The notes under the pieces were generated by a model. That model was not told the origin of the DNA. It saw only the letters and a program-made list of their open reading frames with translations, and ran no database searches. Shown here piece after piece: positions 63,961 to 64,000 of a stretch of 64,000 nt of DNA (position 1 is the stretch's first letter; every line of letters starts with the position of its first letter). The stretch is taken from the NCBI GenBank assembly GCA_013239625.1, contig MU054098.1:1085568-1149567 (forward strand), in the 5' to 3' direction. The stretch comes from Lama guanicoe. Its lineage: Eukaryota. The position numbers were made by a program, and so were the translations under genes.

Positions 63961-64000
63961 ACATAATATTTCCTTAAATTAATTAATACATTCATGTGTA

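Overview
AT-rich, repeat-dense mammalian DNA, intronic or intergenic. It is probably camelid: a tRNA-Ala-derived vic-1-like SINE and cetartiodactyl-type L1 3' ends are present, and I saw no Alu, BovB or PRE1. I can support no intact protein-coding gene. The main recognisable gene-like feature is a processed YWHAE (14-3-3 epsilon) pseudogene on the minus strand (~10.9-12.2 kb) with an internal gap near splice signals. The rest is L1, L2, MIR, ERV1/MaLR solo LTRs (several with readable target-site duplications, TSDs), hAT and Tigger DNA-transposon relics and microsatellites. The most notable observations are: (1) a 5' half of elongator tRNA-Met inserted without a poly(A) tail between perfect 18-bp TSDs inside an LTR; (2) three local templated insertions (99, 47 and 15 bp) resembling polymerase-theta-type repair scars; (3) the possibly splice-derived gap in the YWHAE retrocopy; (4) a few candidate non-coding exons, a possible promoter near 62.3 kb and CTCF-like motifs. 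I found no evidence for a wholly new biological system. Repeat subfamily names and reference comparisons are from memory of consensus sequences and need RepeatMasker/BLAST confirmation; most repeat boundaries are approximate.
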